A stretch of DNA of 64,000 nt from Octopus bimaculoides (taxonomy: Eukaryota). How positions within the stretch are numbered: the first letter of the stretch is position 1; each line of letters starts with the position of its first letter. The notes beneath the pieces are model-generated. The model searched no databases. It saw nothing but the letters and a program-made list of their open reading frames with translations, and was not told the DNA's origin. This document shows positions 1-11,464 of the stretch, piece after piece. The stretch covers positions 79,434,777-79,498,776 of the forward strand of contig NC_068986.1 of NCBI RefSeq assembly GCF_001194135.2, given 5' to 3'. Made by a program: the position numbers and the translations under genes.

Positions 1-199
1 ATATATATATTTGTACTGTGCTATGATAGGAAAAATTTTTTAAAGTACTCCATCTCGCGAAAGATAAATATTATTTATTTAAAGGTCACAATACATGTTT
101 TAAAGCGCAACTAATAGTTTCATATGTTGAGAAAACTCAAGCATATTCTTCAGGATCGAACCACATATCATAACGAACTAAAAAAAAATTGAGCCATCA

Positions 200-212
200 A
201 TACATGCATACA

Positions 213-246
<34 letters not shown>

Positions 247-283
247 AATACATACATACATACATACATACAGACATACATAC
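200..283. repeat. (TACA)n microsatellite
   Basis: Direct reading; produces the spurious HTYI run in ORF 189..1268. Confidence 0.9.
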
Positions 284-312
284 CATGTTGTTCAGGTTGA
301 AATTCCAGCGAA

Positions 313-614
313 CAAAGCTGGCCTTAAGAAGTGAGGGGCCCAACTGGGAACAATTTTGGTGGGCGCTAGGTTCCCAGTCAACTTATAACTCGGAACTTCC
401 CTCCATCCCACCTCGGAATTCTTTTCTTTCTTTGTTTTGTTTTCAGGTGCTATCAACTAATCTTTTTTTCTCTTGCAGCATATTTGGAGATCAGAATAGT
501 GACTGTTTTGTATGTTTAATAACTGCTATTTCTAGTATACTTAACAGCTACGTGTTGCCTGTCAATTTATTTAAAACAAAGTATAATGAGTGTGTATGTG
601 ATGTATATATGTGT

Positions 615-685
<71 letters not shown>

Positions 686-1907
686 TGTGTGTGTGTGGCA
701 CCCTGTTGGTCGCGTTAGGAAGGGTATTCGGCCACAAAATCTATGCAAAACCAGACGGATGCCAGATGTAGCCCCTGGCTTGTCGGCCCCTGTCAAATCG
801 TCCAACCCATGCCATCATGGAAAACCGACGTTAAATGATAATAATGATGATATTCATATATATACAAACACACCGATTTCGGTGGGAAAAAAGTCATTTG
901 CGGCATATCGGGAAATGAGACTAGTTGATAGCACTAAGAAAAAGAAAACCAAGGAAAAACGATTATTTCTCACCGAAACTACATCTAAACTAAAAATCGG
1001 AAAGAAATTTAACAAAGCCCCACAGAATCTTTTATTTGTTCATGTTGTTACGCTAAAAGAAATTTACATAAAATACAAATTAGTAATAACTATTATTTGG
1101 AAATTTTTGAAAGGTGGTTTTATACTTACCAATTATTTATTTATTTATTTTTCTATAAGGTATGTTATAAATCACAGTTATCCTGTGTGTGTGGCAAGAA
1201 CTTTGTTTCTTAGTTATATATTTCTGGATTTAGCACCAGTGTGTGCCACCAAATGTCTCCTCCTATAGCGCTGTGTGTGTGTGCGTAAGTGTGTGTGTGT
1301 GTGTCTGTCTGTGTGTGTGTGCGTGCGTGTGTGTCTGTGTGTGTGCCTGTGTGTATGTGTGTAGCTGTGTGTTTGTGCTTGTCCAAAACCTGAATGGCTA
1401 CCATTGCTAAGCGATTTTCTTTTGAACAAGAAACAAGAAATATATATATATTTATATATAATACACTTTTACACTTTATTGAAATAAAAAAGCTTCCTCA
1501 AAGTTAAACGTATTTATAGAAGCTGATGCACACGAAAATACGCACACATATACACATACAATTCACATACATACATACTCTCGCAGACGCACAAATATTT
1601 ACCCAAACATTCACATACAAACACACATATTGACCTTTGCACTAAAAATACAATAAATTTCTTCAAATTCTGCGACTGACCCAAGCAGTTTTGAATGAAT
1701 GGGTTTATCTTTTGATATCTTGTGTCGCTGAAGTGTAGAAAGTATGTTTTTTTATGTTTTGTTTTGTTTTTTCTTTGAAAGACTATGTAGATTTTTAAAA
1801 AAGACTTCAGGGAGACTCCCTTTATGTAAACATCTTAAGCGCGGGGCCCCCTTCGGCGCGGGGCCCGATTGGGAGCAATCGGTACAATCAGTTTAAGGCC
1901 GGCCCTG
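313..1907. mobile_element. Non-autonomous hAT-family DNA transposon (Tip100/MER45-like ends) with nested repeats
   Basis: TIRs CAAAGCTGGCCTTAA (313-327) vs reverse complement of 1893-1907 CAGGGCCGGCCTTAA (12/15). 8-bp flanks CCAGCGAA (305-312) and CCAATGAA (1908-1915) match 6/8. GGGCCC motifs in both subterminal regions. No transposase recognised. Confidence 0.7.
697..852 (+). mobile_element. 3' part of a SINE/LINE tail ending in (GAT)n-like repeat
   Basis: ...TCGTCCAACCCATGCCATCATGGAAAACCGACGTTAAATGATAATAATGATGAT resembles a common octopus retroposon 3' end (recalled); nested in the hAT element. Confidence 0.55.
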
Positions 1908-4900
1908 CCAATGAAGGAGCCTTGAATTTAGGTTAGAAACCGGCTCCTTCTCTATTGGCAAATAGGAAGTAAACTACCATCAAATAGGAAGTAGTAAACT
2001 GAACACACAGGACAAAATATAAACAAGCTCATGATAGTCTGCCAATAACTATTAACTGAGGGCCAGGGTAATTTCGTTGCATTAGGCAACAGAACTGTGA
2101 ACTCATCTCGGCGTGCCAGAGTTTTAGTGTCAAGTCATCAACAGCAAGTATATGAAATTAAATTATGTCTTTAGCTAAGACGAACATAGGGCAGAGAATA
2201 CACTAAAGTTTCTTGACACGGAAAGGAAATATTATATCCAAAACCCGGAGAAGGTTGTGTGACGTGTACATCTAACGACACAAGGGAAATTTACTTGACG
2301 TTAGTCCTTGACAGAAGTCGAAGTACCCCAAAGAGTCCCAATAATAAAAAAAAATGAACGAAACAGGCAAAACAATGAAATATAATTATCGTAAGATGTA
2401 AAAGGTGTTGTGGGAAGATTACAAGTGAACTGAAATAGACTGGAGGGGGAGAATATAGCCGCTTAAGCGCGATCATTATTAGTTTTGTTTCTTCTTTGTA
2501 ATATAAACTAGATCCTACACGTTTTCCATGGAAGAAAACGAAATAATTACTCAATGGAAAAGACTGTATGACGGATATTCAGAAACACACACAGACTCAA
2601 AAACATACACACACATATTGCATTCTACTGAAATTAATACTTCTACGTAATTAAGCCTAAGCCCATTCAGTACGCTTGTTCACTTATTTATGTATCTTTA
2701 TGGCATTCACTCCTCACATTTGATACCGGCATCTGTGAAACTGTAACACTCCTACGTTTAACCGTAGTGTATTTCCACAATTTAAAAGGATCCCAGAAAA
2801 ACTGTTGTCCTTGACTGCAATAAATTATGAGCCCATTAAGAAGATACAGCTTTTCATAACATCATTAATAGCAGATTATTGTCTTGAATAACAGAAATAA
2901 TATTTATCTATTGTATACTATTATATATTTTTATCAATAGTTGCGATAATGAACAAATTTGAAACTTGTCTTAAACGAAGGTTTCCTCACAATACACAGG
3001 CGTTCTACGTTTTAGTTACACAAGCATGAATATAAGAACGATGTTGTATATATAATAGAGATTGCTAAAATATTCATTCAACATCATTTATCAAATCCCT
3101 GAACGATGAATGTCTCCATTATGCAGCTCCTTGATAACTAAATTTAAATAAGTATGAATGTGCACTTTGCATTTCTTAATCGTCAATTTCATTGAAGACA
3201 AAGAAGCTCTCGGTAAACAAAAATTGCCTTCAAAGTTATAAATGCCAAATATCTTCCTCATCAATTTCAGTGCGTTGACACTTTAGAAAAGAAAATAGAT
3301 ATAGAATAGAATACATACTGGTGTAGCTGTAAGTGAACAAAAGAGAGCTGTCGAAATTCTTCCTTTCGCCATTTCGATATTTGAAGGTGTTGTCATGTTA
3401 CTATTGACAAATATCGAAGATCCATTGCTCAGAATTAGAAAGGGATATACAAAAAAAAAAAAAAAAAATTAAGCATTTATCCATTCTTAGTACGTTTGAC
3501 AGGTCCGAACGTGTATATCTGATCGCTGGTGGTCTTCGCCACTAAAGAGCGCTTTATCCATTTAGGTGATGTGCCATCATGACGCGTACTTCACCGGTTA
3601 CACAGTGTAAGATGATTTCAAACCAACGTGGTGTTTAAATTTCGTTGTAAATAAACATCGCCAGAAAGGAGAAGTTCTCCGGCGGTAAAAAGGACTGTAA
3701 TCAAATATTCATGTTCGAATCTCTCGTATTTAGAACGAATAGATACGTTATTGTTTGAATTCTCAATGTTCTACTTGCACTCTATGAATTATTTTGTGTG
3801 GAAAGCATCTTTACTCAGCAAGAAAAAGTATGCCGATTGCTATTAACAAGAGTTCATGTGCTTGTGAGATTCTACAGTCGGGCCATGTGAAAGCTTCTCT
3901 TCTCCTGTGGGGACACAACGAAGTCGAAACCCTACTGTCTCTTGAAGTCCCTTAATACCAGTGCATCGCTGAAGCACGGGTGTTATGAACAATCATCACT
4001 TGAACGAAAGAGATGCTCCCTGGTGGCGAAAACCAAGAGGAATCAGACATTCACGTTCGAAACTGCTAGAACCTATTCAGAATGACCAAATACGTTATCG
4101 GTAGTATTTTCGTTGTTCTCCTTACACTCCATCATTAAAATAACGTTCTAAAACTAATCCAAAAGCAATAGCAAATTATGTCATTAGAATTAAATCCTTT
4201 TTATCTTCAGAAGGAGATGCATCTCATAATATCTCAAAAATCGTTCTCATTTATGAAGGGTGAGAATAATATAACACTTCAAACGTTTATTAAGCTCCTA
4301 ACAGGTACCAAGCTTTAATATAATTGATTATGAAAGTATTACTACTTTCCGCAGGGTAAATTGAAGAGACAAGTCACCAATTAATACGTGATGATTGTTA
4401 TAATCAAAAGTTAAGAGTGATCGTCCAGAACAAGATTTCACCTCCCCTATTATATTTGTAACCTTAATGGTACGAAAATATTTCTCAGAATACATTGTAG
4501 GATGGTACTTCACTGTTGATCGTGTTTCAAATTAGTAAAGGAAACTGGCTGACTATTTTATTTCTGAGTTTAAGTCATGCAATTCTATTAAATGTCATAA
4601 TTATTTGGATGCACTTCACTCTCTACTTGAGCAATAATGTTACTTTCCACTGTGGAAATATTATAAAGGTTAAATATCTTATTTCTTGCTTCACTGAACT
4701 TTTCCTTAAGCTCTATTTTTATCTTACGCATAATTATATGGCATCCCTCAATCAGAATGGGAAATTACCATGGTAACAGAGACAGCTCAAACAAAAAAGT
4801 TCGATCCCAAGCAGTGCCTGCTTCACTGATTCATTTCAAAACTTACTTATTTTCTTTACTTATTATGAACTGCAAATTTTGCAAACTTCGGGTTCGACAT

Positions 4901-5349
4901 CATACTATATCAATTCAAGGTAGTGAATTGGCTGAAATATTAGAGTATTAGAGAGGATTCGTAACGGTGGTTGTTGCGAATCGTTGCTACGAATCGTTGC
5001 GTTCTGAATTCCTGTGTGGTAGATACGTAATCTCACTTTAACACAACTATCTTGCCGTTAATAGCCTTGAACTCACATCAGTCTGTTGCAACTATTAGGG
5101 CTGAAGATTCGATTGAAGATAAATTTCATCCTTTTATCAAACCAGGACCATGAAGAAATAAAGCATCATCAGCTCGCTATCCTTTCTTTTTTTGACTAAG
5201 TAGGAAAATGCCTTCGCTGCATGTTTCATATTCAAAGAACTCCTGCATAGATTAACATTTATAATTTTGTACTTAAACATATATTTGATAATACTGAGAG
5301 ATGTAAGTTCCTATATATATATATACATATATNNNNNNNNNNNNNNNNN

Positions 5350-5382
<33 letters not shown>

Positions 5383-5650
5383 AATGTCGATAAACACAAG
5401 GTTATATTGTTTGTTCTTACCTACATTTCACCATTGTGATTGTCTGGAACTCATTACTAGACGTTTCAAATTCAACTGAATGCTTACACACAACGGATCA
5501 TCAGAGAACAATTTATAGTATTATGCAACAAAGAACTTAATGTCTAAGGCTGGGTAGATTGTAGATATTTTATAAGTATTCTGAGAGGGAAGTAGAAATA
5601 CGTCAATTGAAAGAGGAAATTCTATACTTAATATTAGCAGTCGATATCTA

Positions 5651-6283
5651 TAAGGTGCGATCAGAAAGTATCCGACTTCATTTCTCCCTCCAAAACTAAT
5701 GCCGCGTAGGCAAAATCCAACTGTCCTCCGTGTACATTCAAAAACATTTTCGCGCCGGTAGGCCACGTCATTTCCTGAGACTTGCGCCTTATGTACAGAC
5801 GTGTAAACCAAGCTCGTCGGATTTTCGTTTTCATGCAAGGTTACCGAACACTTCGAGCAGCGACCATAAATCCCTGTTTTCCACCAGTGATAGTCTTTAT
5901 GATGTCTGGGTCGTGGTTTGTACAGTCCAGAATGTCCGGAAAGATTTCCATGTGGAGTTGCTTCTGCTGCTCCGCCAGAAGCTTGAAGATGAATTTCTCT
6001 GGTACTTTCTGCATATGTAAATCCTCCGTTAAAATGGTATGCACAAACCCTGTGCTTATTCCCACTTCGTGAGAAAGTTCGATTAAAACAAAAATACGAT
6101 GACCGCGCACTACACGTTTGTATCCTAGACGTAACAGTCGTAAACTGACGTAGCCTATTAGCGCGAGAATTTTTACGCATGCGTAGGAAAAGTGGTATCA
6201 TCTCCCAACCAAAGGTTATTGTCCACGCGGCATTAGTTTTGGTGGAAAAAAAATAAAATTGGACACTTTTTAAGCGGACCTCG
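5651..6283 (-). mobile_element. Internally deleted mariner transposon, decayed transposase
   Basis: Minus ORF 5841-6110 (ELSHEVGISTGFVHTILTEDLHMQKVPEKFIFKLL...KTITGG) matches the mariner HTH/WVPHEL-linker/ITGDE region. Degenerate TIRs TAAGGTGCGATCAGAAAGTATCC and (revcomp) CGAGGTCCGCTTAAAAAGTGTCC, each flanked by TA. Confidence 0.85.
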
Positions 6284-6516
6284 TATTTGTACACAGAAGA
6301 TAGACAATATATACATATATACATACATACATGCATACATACATGCATGCATACATACATACATACATACATACATTTATGTGTACATGTGTATTTATGT
6401 ATGTATGCATGCATGTATGTATAGTACCAAAAGTATCGTACATGCTTTTGTCACTTAAATTCAGTGACATGTATCACTGCCATTTTGTTTCTTGATCTGT
6501 TATGTATTTTATAAAG

Positions 6517-6624
6517 TTCCTGGAGCAGTGGAGATGTGCAAAGTCATCCTGATGCACATGCAAGTGTGAAAGTGAATCAGAACAACGAGACTAATGTGAG
6601 ACGGTTATCGTCAGACATGATGAG
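6517..6624 (+). other. Candidate 108-nt symmetric coding exon of an unidentified gene
   Basis: Pyrimidine-rich tract and AAG acceptor before 6517, donor GAG|GTAATC at 6625. Open frame SWSSGDVQSHPDAHASVKVNQNNETNVRRLSSDMM, with a stop immediately if unspliced. No homology recognised. Confidence 0.25.
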
Positions 6625-6930
6625 GTAATCATCATACCTGAATCTACACTGTTGCAAGCCTATGGGCGAAGTGTTAACTAGCCTCGGAAACAGTGTGAAA
6701 ATCGATGGTTAGTACTTTCGCCTCCTGATCAAAATACTTACTCGATCAAGACCGATTTTCATCCATTATTTATTTATTTATTTTAGTTTGAATTACTCGA
6801 GAAATTATAAAAAAAACTTCTCATTAACATAGTTTTCGGTTCCTGGGACAAAAACTGCCTTCAACAGATGTAATAGTTTAACAGTGTTATATTTACATAC
6901 ATACATATGTGCGTGTGGGCGTGTGTGTAT

Positions 6931-7198
6931 GTGGCTGTGTGGTAAGGAGCTTGCTTTCCAACCACATGATTCCGGGTTCAATTCACTCCTTGGCCAACTC
7001 TCTTCTACTATAGCCTCGGCCAGCGAAAGTATTGCGAGTGGATTTGGTAGACGGAACACAAAAGAAACGTAGCCACTATACCTTTTTCTATTTTCTCTCC
7101 CGGTTTATTTATATCTTCCTTTCTGTCGAAGAGCTTAGGCTCGAGACGTAAAAGATTTTCTCACTTCCTGAGCGTTAAACTAATGCATCTGTTTGTTG

Positions 7199-7236
<38 letters not shown>

Positions 7237-7386
7237 CAGCGGGGTGTTTGTGTCCGCGGAACTTGGCAGTTAGGCAGAAGAGACCGACAGAACAAGTACT
7301 AAGCTTTAAAAAATACACCCATGGGTCGATTCATTCGATTAAAACACTCTTCCCTAGCCTGGTTTGCAGTCTAATCACTGAAACAA
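6931..7386 (+). mobile_element. tRNA-derived SINE (family A, internal microsatellite), interrupted by another repeat at about 7085-7200
   Basis: Head GTGGCTGTGTGGTAAG...CCGGGTTCAATTC (A/B-box-like), body GGATTTGGTAGACGGAA, 3' half ending CAGTCTAATCACTGAAACAAG; homologous to 14285-14706. Confidence 0.75.
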
Positions 7387-7913
7387 GTATATTATATTAT
7401 GGTGGCCTTGAGTCTGGCGACCACCTACGTACATACACACACACACATACATNNNNNNNNNNNNNNNNNNNNNNNNNNNNNNNNNNNNNNNNNNNNNNNN
7501 NNNNNNNNNNNNNNNNNNNNNNNNNNNNNNNNNNNNNNNNNNNNNNNNNNNNNNNNNNNNNNNNNNNNNNNNNNNNNNNNNNNNNNNNNNNNNNNNNNNN
7601 NNNNNNNNNNNNNNNNNNNNNNNNNNNNNNNNNNNNNNNNNNNNNNNNNNNNNNNNNNNNNNNNNNNNNNNNNNNNNNNNNNNNNNNNNNNNNNNNNNNN
7701 NNNNNNNNNNNNNNNNNNNNNNNNNNNNNNNNNNNNNNNNNNNNNNNNNNNNNNNNNNNNNNNNNNNNNNNNNNNNNNNNNNNNNNNNNNNNNNNTATAT
7801 ATATATATATATATATATTATAATATTAGGTAATGTCAAAATCCAAACTTACAAAGATATTCAATTTAGTAATACCAAATTGAATTTTATAATAAAAACT
7901 ATATTAATAATTT

Positions 7914-8700
7914 AGAGAAGAACCACCAAGATGCAATCCGAACAATGAAGAAGATCAGACACCATCAAGAAAAACGTACTCTACAAAATACTAATTTTAA
8001 AATCTATGGATAAAGAATGGATAAAAGTCGTCATTTTATCCATTATATATTCTTCTCTCTTCTCCTTATGACGCCATATTGTCACGTGACACACGTATAA
8101 ATTCCATGCTTTAAGGTTAAGACTACAGTCAACAAGGAATCTTCGATAAGATAAGTGATGCCGTTCATTTTATTAATACTGTTAAACGTTCGAATTCATT
8201 TATTAGTTAATAGCACTATTTTTTTATGTTTTCCTATTCTTAATCTACAGAAAGCATTTCTTCGTAAGACGAATTAGGCCTTTAACTTGAAAGATTGTTA
8301 CTAGACCTTGACATTTTATGTATTGTACTAATAATAGCTTTCCTACAGATACAGATATTTCTAATTTATTCCTATCTTATTTTATTTATATTATTTAAAT
8401 AGTAGTATACGTTTTATGAATTTATAAGACCTGAAGAGTGACTTCATTCTGAGTGGAATTTCTTGATCGATTTATTGTAAATTGCACAGAATTTTTCTAC
8501 TATTGTGTGGCCACGAAACGCGCGTAGTCTATAATTCACTTTCTTTTTATAAGCTTACTAAACTGAATTAAATTTTTAATCTAATATTTTATAGATTTTA
8601 TGGATTATAAACTTCTATTTTAAATTAGTATTTTGTACGTTTTTCTGGATGGTGTCTGATCTTTTTTATTGTTTGGATTGCATCTTGGTGGTTCTTCTCT
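7914..8700. repeat. About 85-bp inverted repeat (7914-8002 vs 8618-8700) enclosing a hammerhead motif; probable Penelope-like terminal-repeat remnants
   Basis: AGAGAAGAACCACCAAGATGCAATCCGAACAATGAAGAAGATCAGACACCATC is near-exactly reverse-complemented at 8648-8700. Confidence 0.7.
8422..8534 (+). ncRNA. Type I hammerhead ribozyme motif
   Basis: Stem I TTATAAGAC/GTCTATAA; core CTGAAGA 8431-8437; stem II GTGAC..GCCAC; GAAA 8515-8518; palindromic stem III ACGCGCGT; GTA cleavage triplet ending 8526. Confidence 0.7.
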
Positions 8701-8933
8701 TGGAACAACGTGAAACGAGTTNNNNNNNNNNATATATATATATATATATATATATATAAACGTTTGTGTGTATCTGCGTGGGTATGACTGTTGTGTGTGT
8801 TTGTCTTTGTATGTGTCTGTGTATGTGTGTAATTAAAGTTTGATTTAAAACATCGTAATAATAATGATATGATAATAATAAATAATAATGATATAATAAT
8901 GCTAGCATTAATAGCATTATTATAGACATAATC

Positions 8934-9347
8934 AAGACGACGAACTAGTAGAATCGTTAGCACGCGGGGGTAATGCTTAGCGGTATTTCGTCTGTATTTA
9001 CGTTCTGAGTTCAAATTCTGCTGAGGTCGACTTTGCCTTTCATTCTTTCGGAGTCGATATATTAAGTACGAGTGGCATACTGGGGGGTCGATCTAATCGA
9101 CTGGCCTTCTCCTCAGAAATCTCGAGCCTTGTGCCTAAAGTAGAAAAGAATCGTTAGCAAGCCGGGTGAAATGCTTAGTAGCACTTCGTCGGTCTGCACG
9201 TTCTGAGTTCAAATTCCGCCGGGATTGACTTTGCCTCTCATCCTCTCGGGTTCGATAAATTAAGTACCAGTTGTGTACTGGGGTCGTTGTGATCGACTTA
9301 CCCTTCCCACAAAATCCAGGCCTTGTGCCTTCAGTAGAAAGGATTGT
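8934..9347 (+). mobile_element. Two tandem tRNA-derived SINEs (family B, Meta-core-like): 8934-9150 and 9147-9347
   Basis: Both contain TTCTGAGTTCAAATTC..GACTTTGCCT..CAT..TCGATA..TTAAGTAC..GCCTTGTGCCT..AGTAGAAA. Confidence 0.8.
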
Positions 9348-10995
9348 TATAGACATAGTCATTAATTTTTGTTCTGCTTATAATATATATTGCAACTTTC
9401 TGTTTATTTAAGCATTTTAGCTTTCTTGGAAGCTTCTGCAACGCTCTTGAAATAATTTTGATACCTGTAACAACAATGATACGGCACATTATGCTTGTTT
9501 TGAAACAATACCTCAACGTATCGTATGCACTTTATGCTCATTTTTTTATATATTAGCTGGCGGCACTAATCTGGACTTATGTCGACTGTTTTTATGTACA
9601 ATTTATATTTATATAAGGTGACTGTAATGACATATACGTTACACTCATTTTCATGTTTTAGCTAACTGCATAAATATGCAATTCATGGACATTTTTTTCT
9701 ATTTTATCTCACAGCAATATATGCACTTTATGCTCATGTTTCAATATCTTGCCTGACTGTAATATGGGCGATCATTATTTCTGTTTTAGTGAAATGCTAT
9801 GATATGCTTTTTGTGATAATTTTTTTTTATGTCTTAGTTGACTGTATTAATACTCAACTTATTCTTGTCTTAGTTCACTTATTTAGACTTATTACAGTAC
9901 TATATTTCCTATTGAAGTTGTATATTAACGATTGTTTCAGTCTCCCTGCAGTATAATTAATGGTCTACAGTTATATATCCTAAAATGATGAAAGCATCGA
10001 TATCGATTGTATTTTAACCTCACAGTGTATATTATACATCTCATCCAACATACTGCTATATCTACAAATCCATAGCCTGGCAATATATCCGAATCGATAG
10101 GTTGTGTAAATATCACGCAGAGAATCAACAGTTTGAATTTCTTTACAAATGTTGTATTGTCTCCTTAACAAAGACACTAAATTGTTAAAGTACAGGATAA
10201 TCGAACTATAAAAAGCCATAGAGGAAAGATAAAAGTAATCCCTTTATATAACCATGTTCTGTGTATTTTATAGTTTTATTTATTATCCAAGGTCTTTCCC
10301 AAACGTTTTACTTTTTATTAACCCTTAAAATATATTTTTATGTTGTGGAATCTCGATATCATGCTTATTACATATCTTTGTTAAACTTTTCTTTCACTTT
10401 CTTGAAGTTGAATTTTACATGTAAATGAAATATTAAAGCAAACGCCTCACCACTTCCTAAGACTGCTTCACAAACGTCCTCTAAACTAAGAAGAAATACA
10501 CTTAATAAGTCTCTCTTAAGGAGATCGTTTTCTGTCTGTAAGGTCCTGTTACTAATTACAGCTACCAAGAATTCATTATTCTAGGGAGTTTTGTGAGTGT
10601 GTATAATAAAATTACGAATATAAAAAGTAAACACAAATTAACTTGCATATAGTTAGCATATTCATCAATACTTTGAGTTGAATATCTTCATTCTCTCAGG
10701 AAACTCTGGTTTGAAAATGTTGGCCTTGCTTACTCAAACTTTATAAATTTCTCTCGGTGATCTTTTCATATGGAAATTATTTTCTTATGAAAATATATGT
10801 GAGTATATGCTTCCATTTTATATCTAATTATTTTAGTAACTGTCTTATCGGATAGACTCAATTTATATATGTTTAGACTGGTTTGACCTAGTTGTTTTTC
10901 AGTGATGTTTATCACTATGGGTTGATAGTTTTCTTTCAACTTAACCAAGCAGGTTTGGCTAGCATTCATTGTCATTTTTATACTTTAGAGCTTCT

Positions 10996-11382
10996 AAGGC
11001 GGTGAGCTGGCAGAAAAATTAGCACGCATTAGGCGATGTGCTTAGCGGTATTTTGTCTGCCGTTACGTTCTGATTTCAAATTCCGCTGAGGTCCACTTTG
11101 CTTTTCATCCTTTCGAGATCGATAAATTAACTACCAGTTACGCACTGGGGTCGATGTAATCGACTTAATCCCTTTGTCTGTCCTTGTTTGTCCCCTCTGT
11201 GGTTAGCCCCTTGTGGGCAATAAAGAAATAAGAAACGTTATGAGTTCAAATTCCGCCGAGGTCGACTTTGCCTTTCATCCTTTTGGGAGTCGATAAATTA
11301 AGTACCAGTTGCATACTGGAGTCGATCTAATCGACTGGCGGTTTCCCCCAAAATTGCAGGCCTTGTGCCTAGAGTAGAAAAT
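10996..11382 (+). mobile_element. Two tandem family B SINEs (10996-11237 and 5'-truncated 11240-11382)
   Basis: AAGGCGGTGAGCTGGCAGAA head and the same core as 8934-9347; the first copy has a different 3' tail. Confidence 0.8.
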
Positions 11383-11464
11383 ATATTTTAAAGCTTCTGA
11401 GAACGTTTGGCAGAGGTGAGGAAGTTATCCTCCTAAAAGTTGTTCAAGTTGAAATGCTTAAAAT

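Noticed and set aside
189-1268. 359-aa ORF
   Set aside because: It runs through TACA/TA/TG microsatellites, a hAT end and a SINE tail; no ATG start, no domain.
1908-1950. ATGAAGGA...GAAACCGG as a hammerhead
   Set aside because: The CUGANGA core is not matched and there is no NUH triplet.
5455-5510. Minus-strand CTGATGA...GAAACGTC
   Set aside because: No stem II and poor stem I; could be chance.
7120-7155. Hammerhead-like TCGAAGAGC..GCTCGAGACGTA
   Set aside because: Core positions are mutated (C3/U4 and GAGA for GAAA) and stem I is unconvincing; at most a relic.
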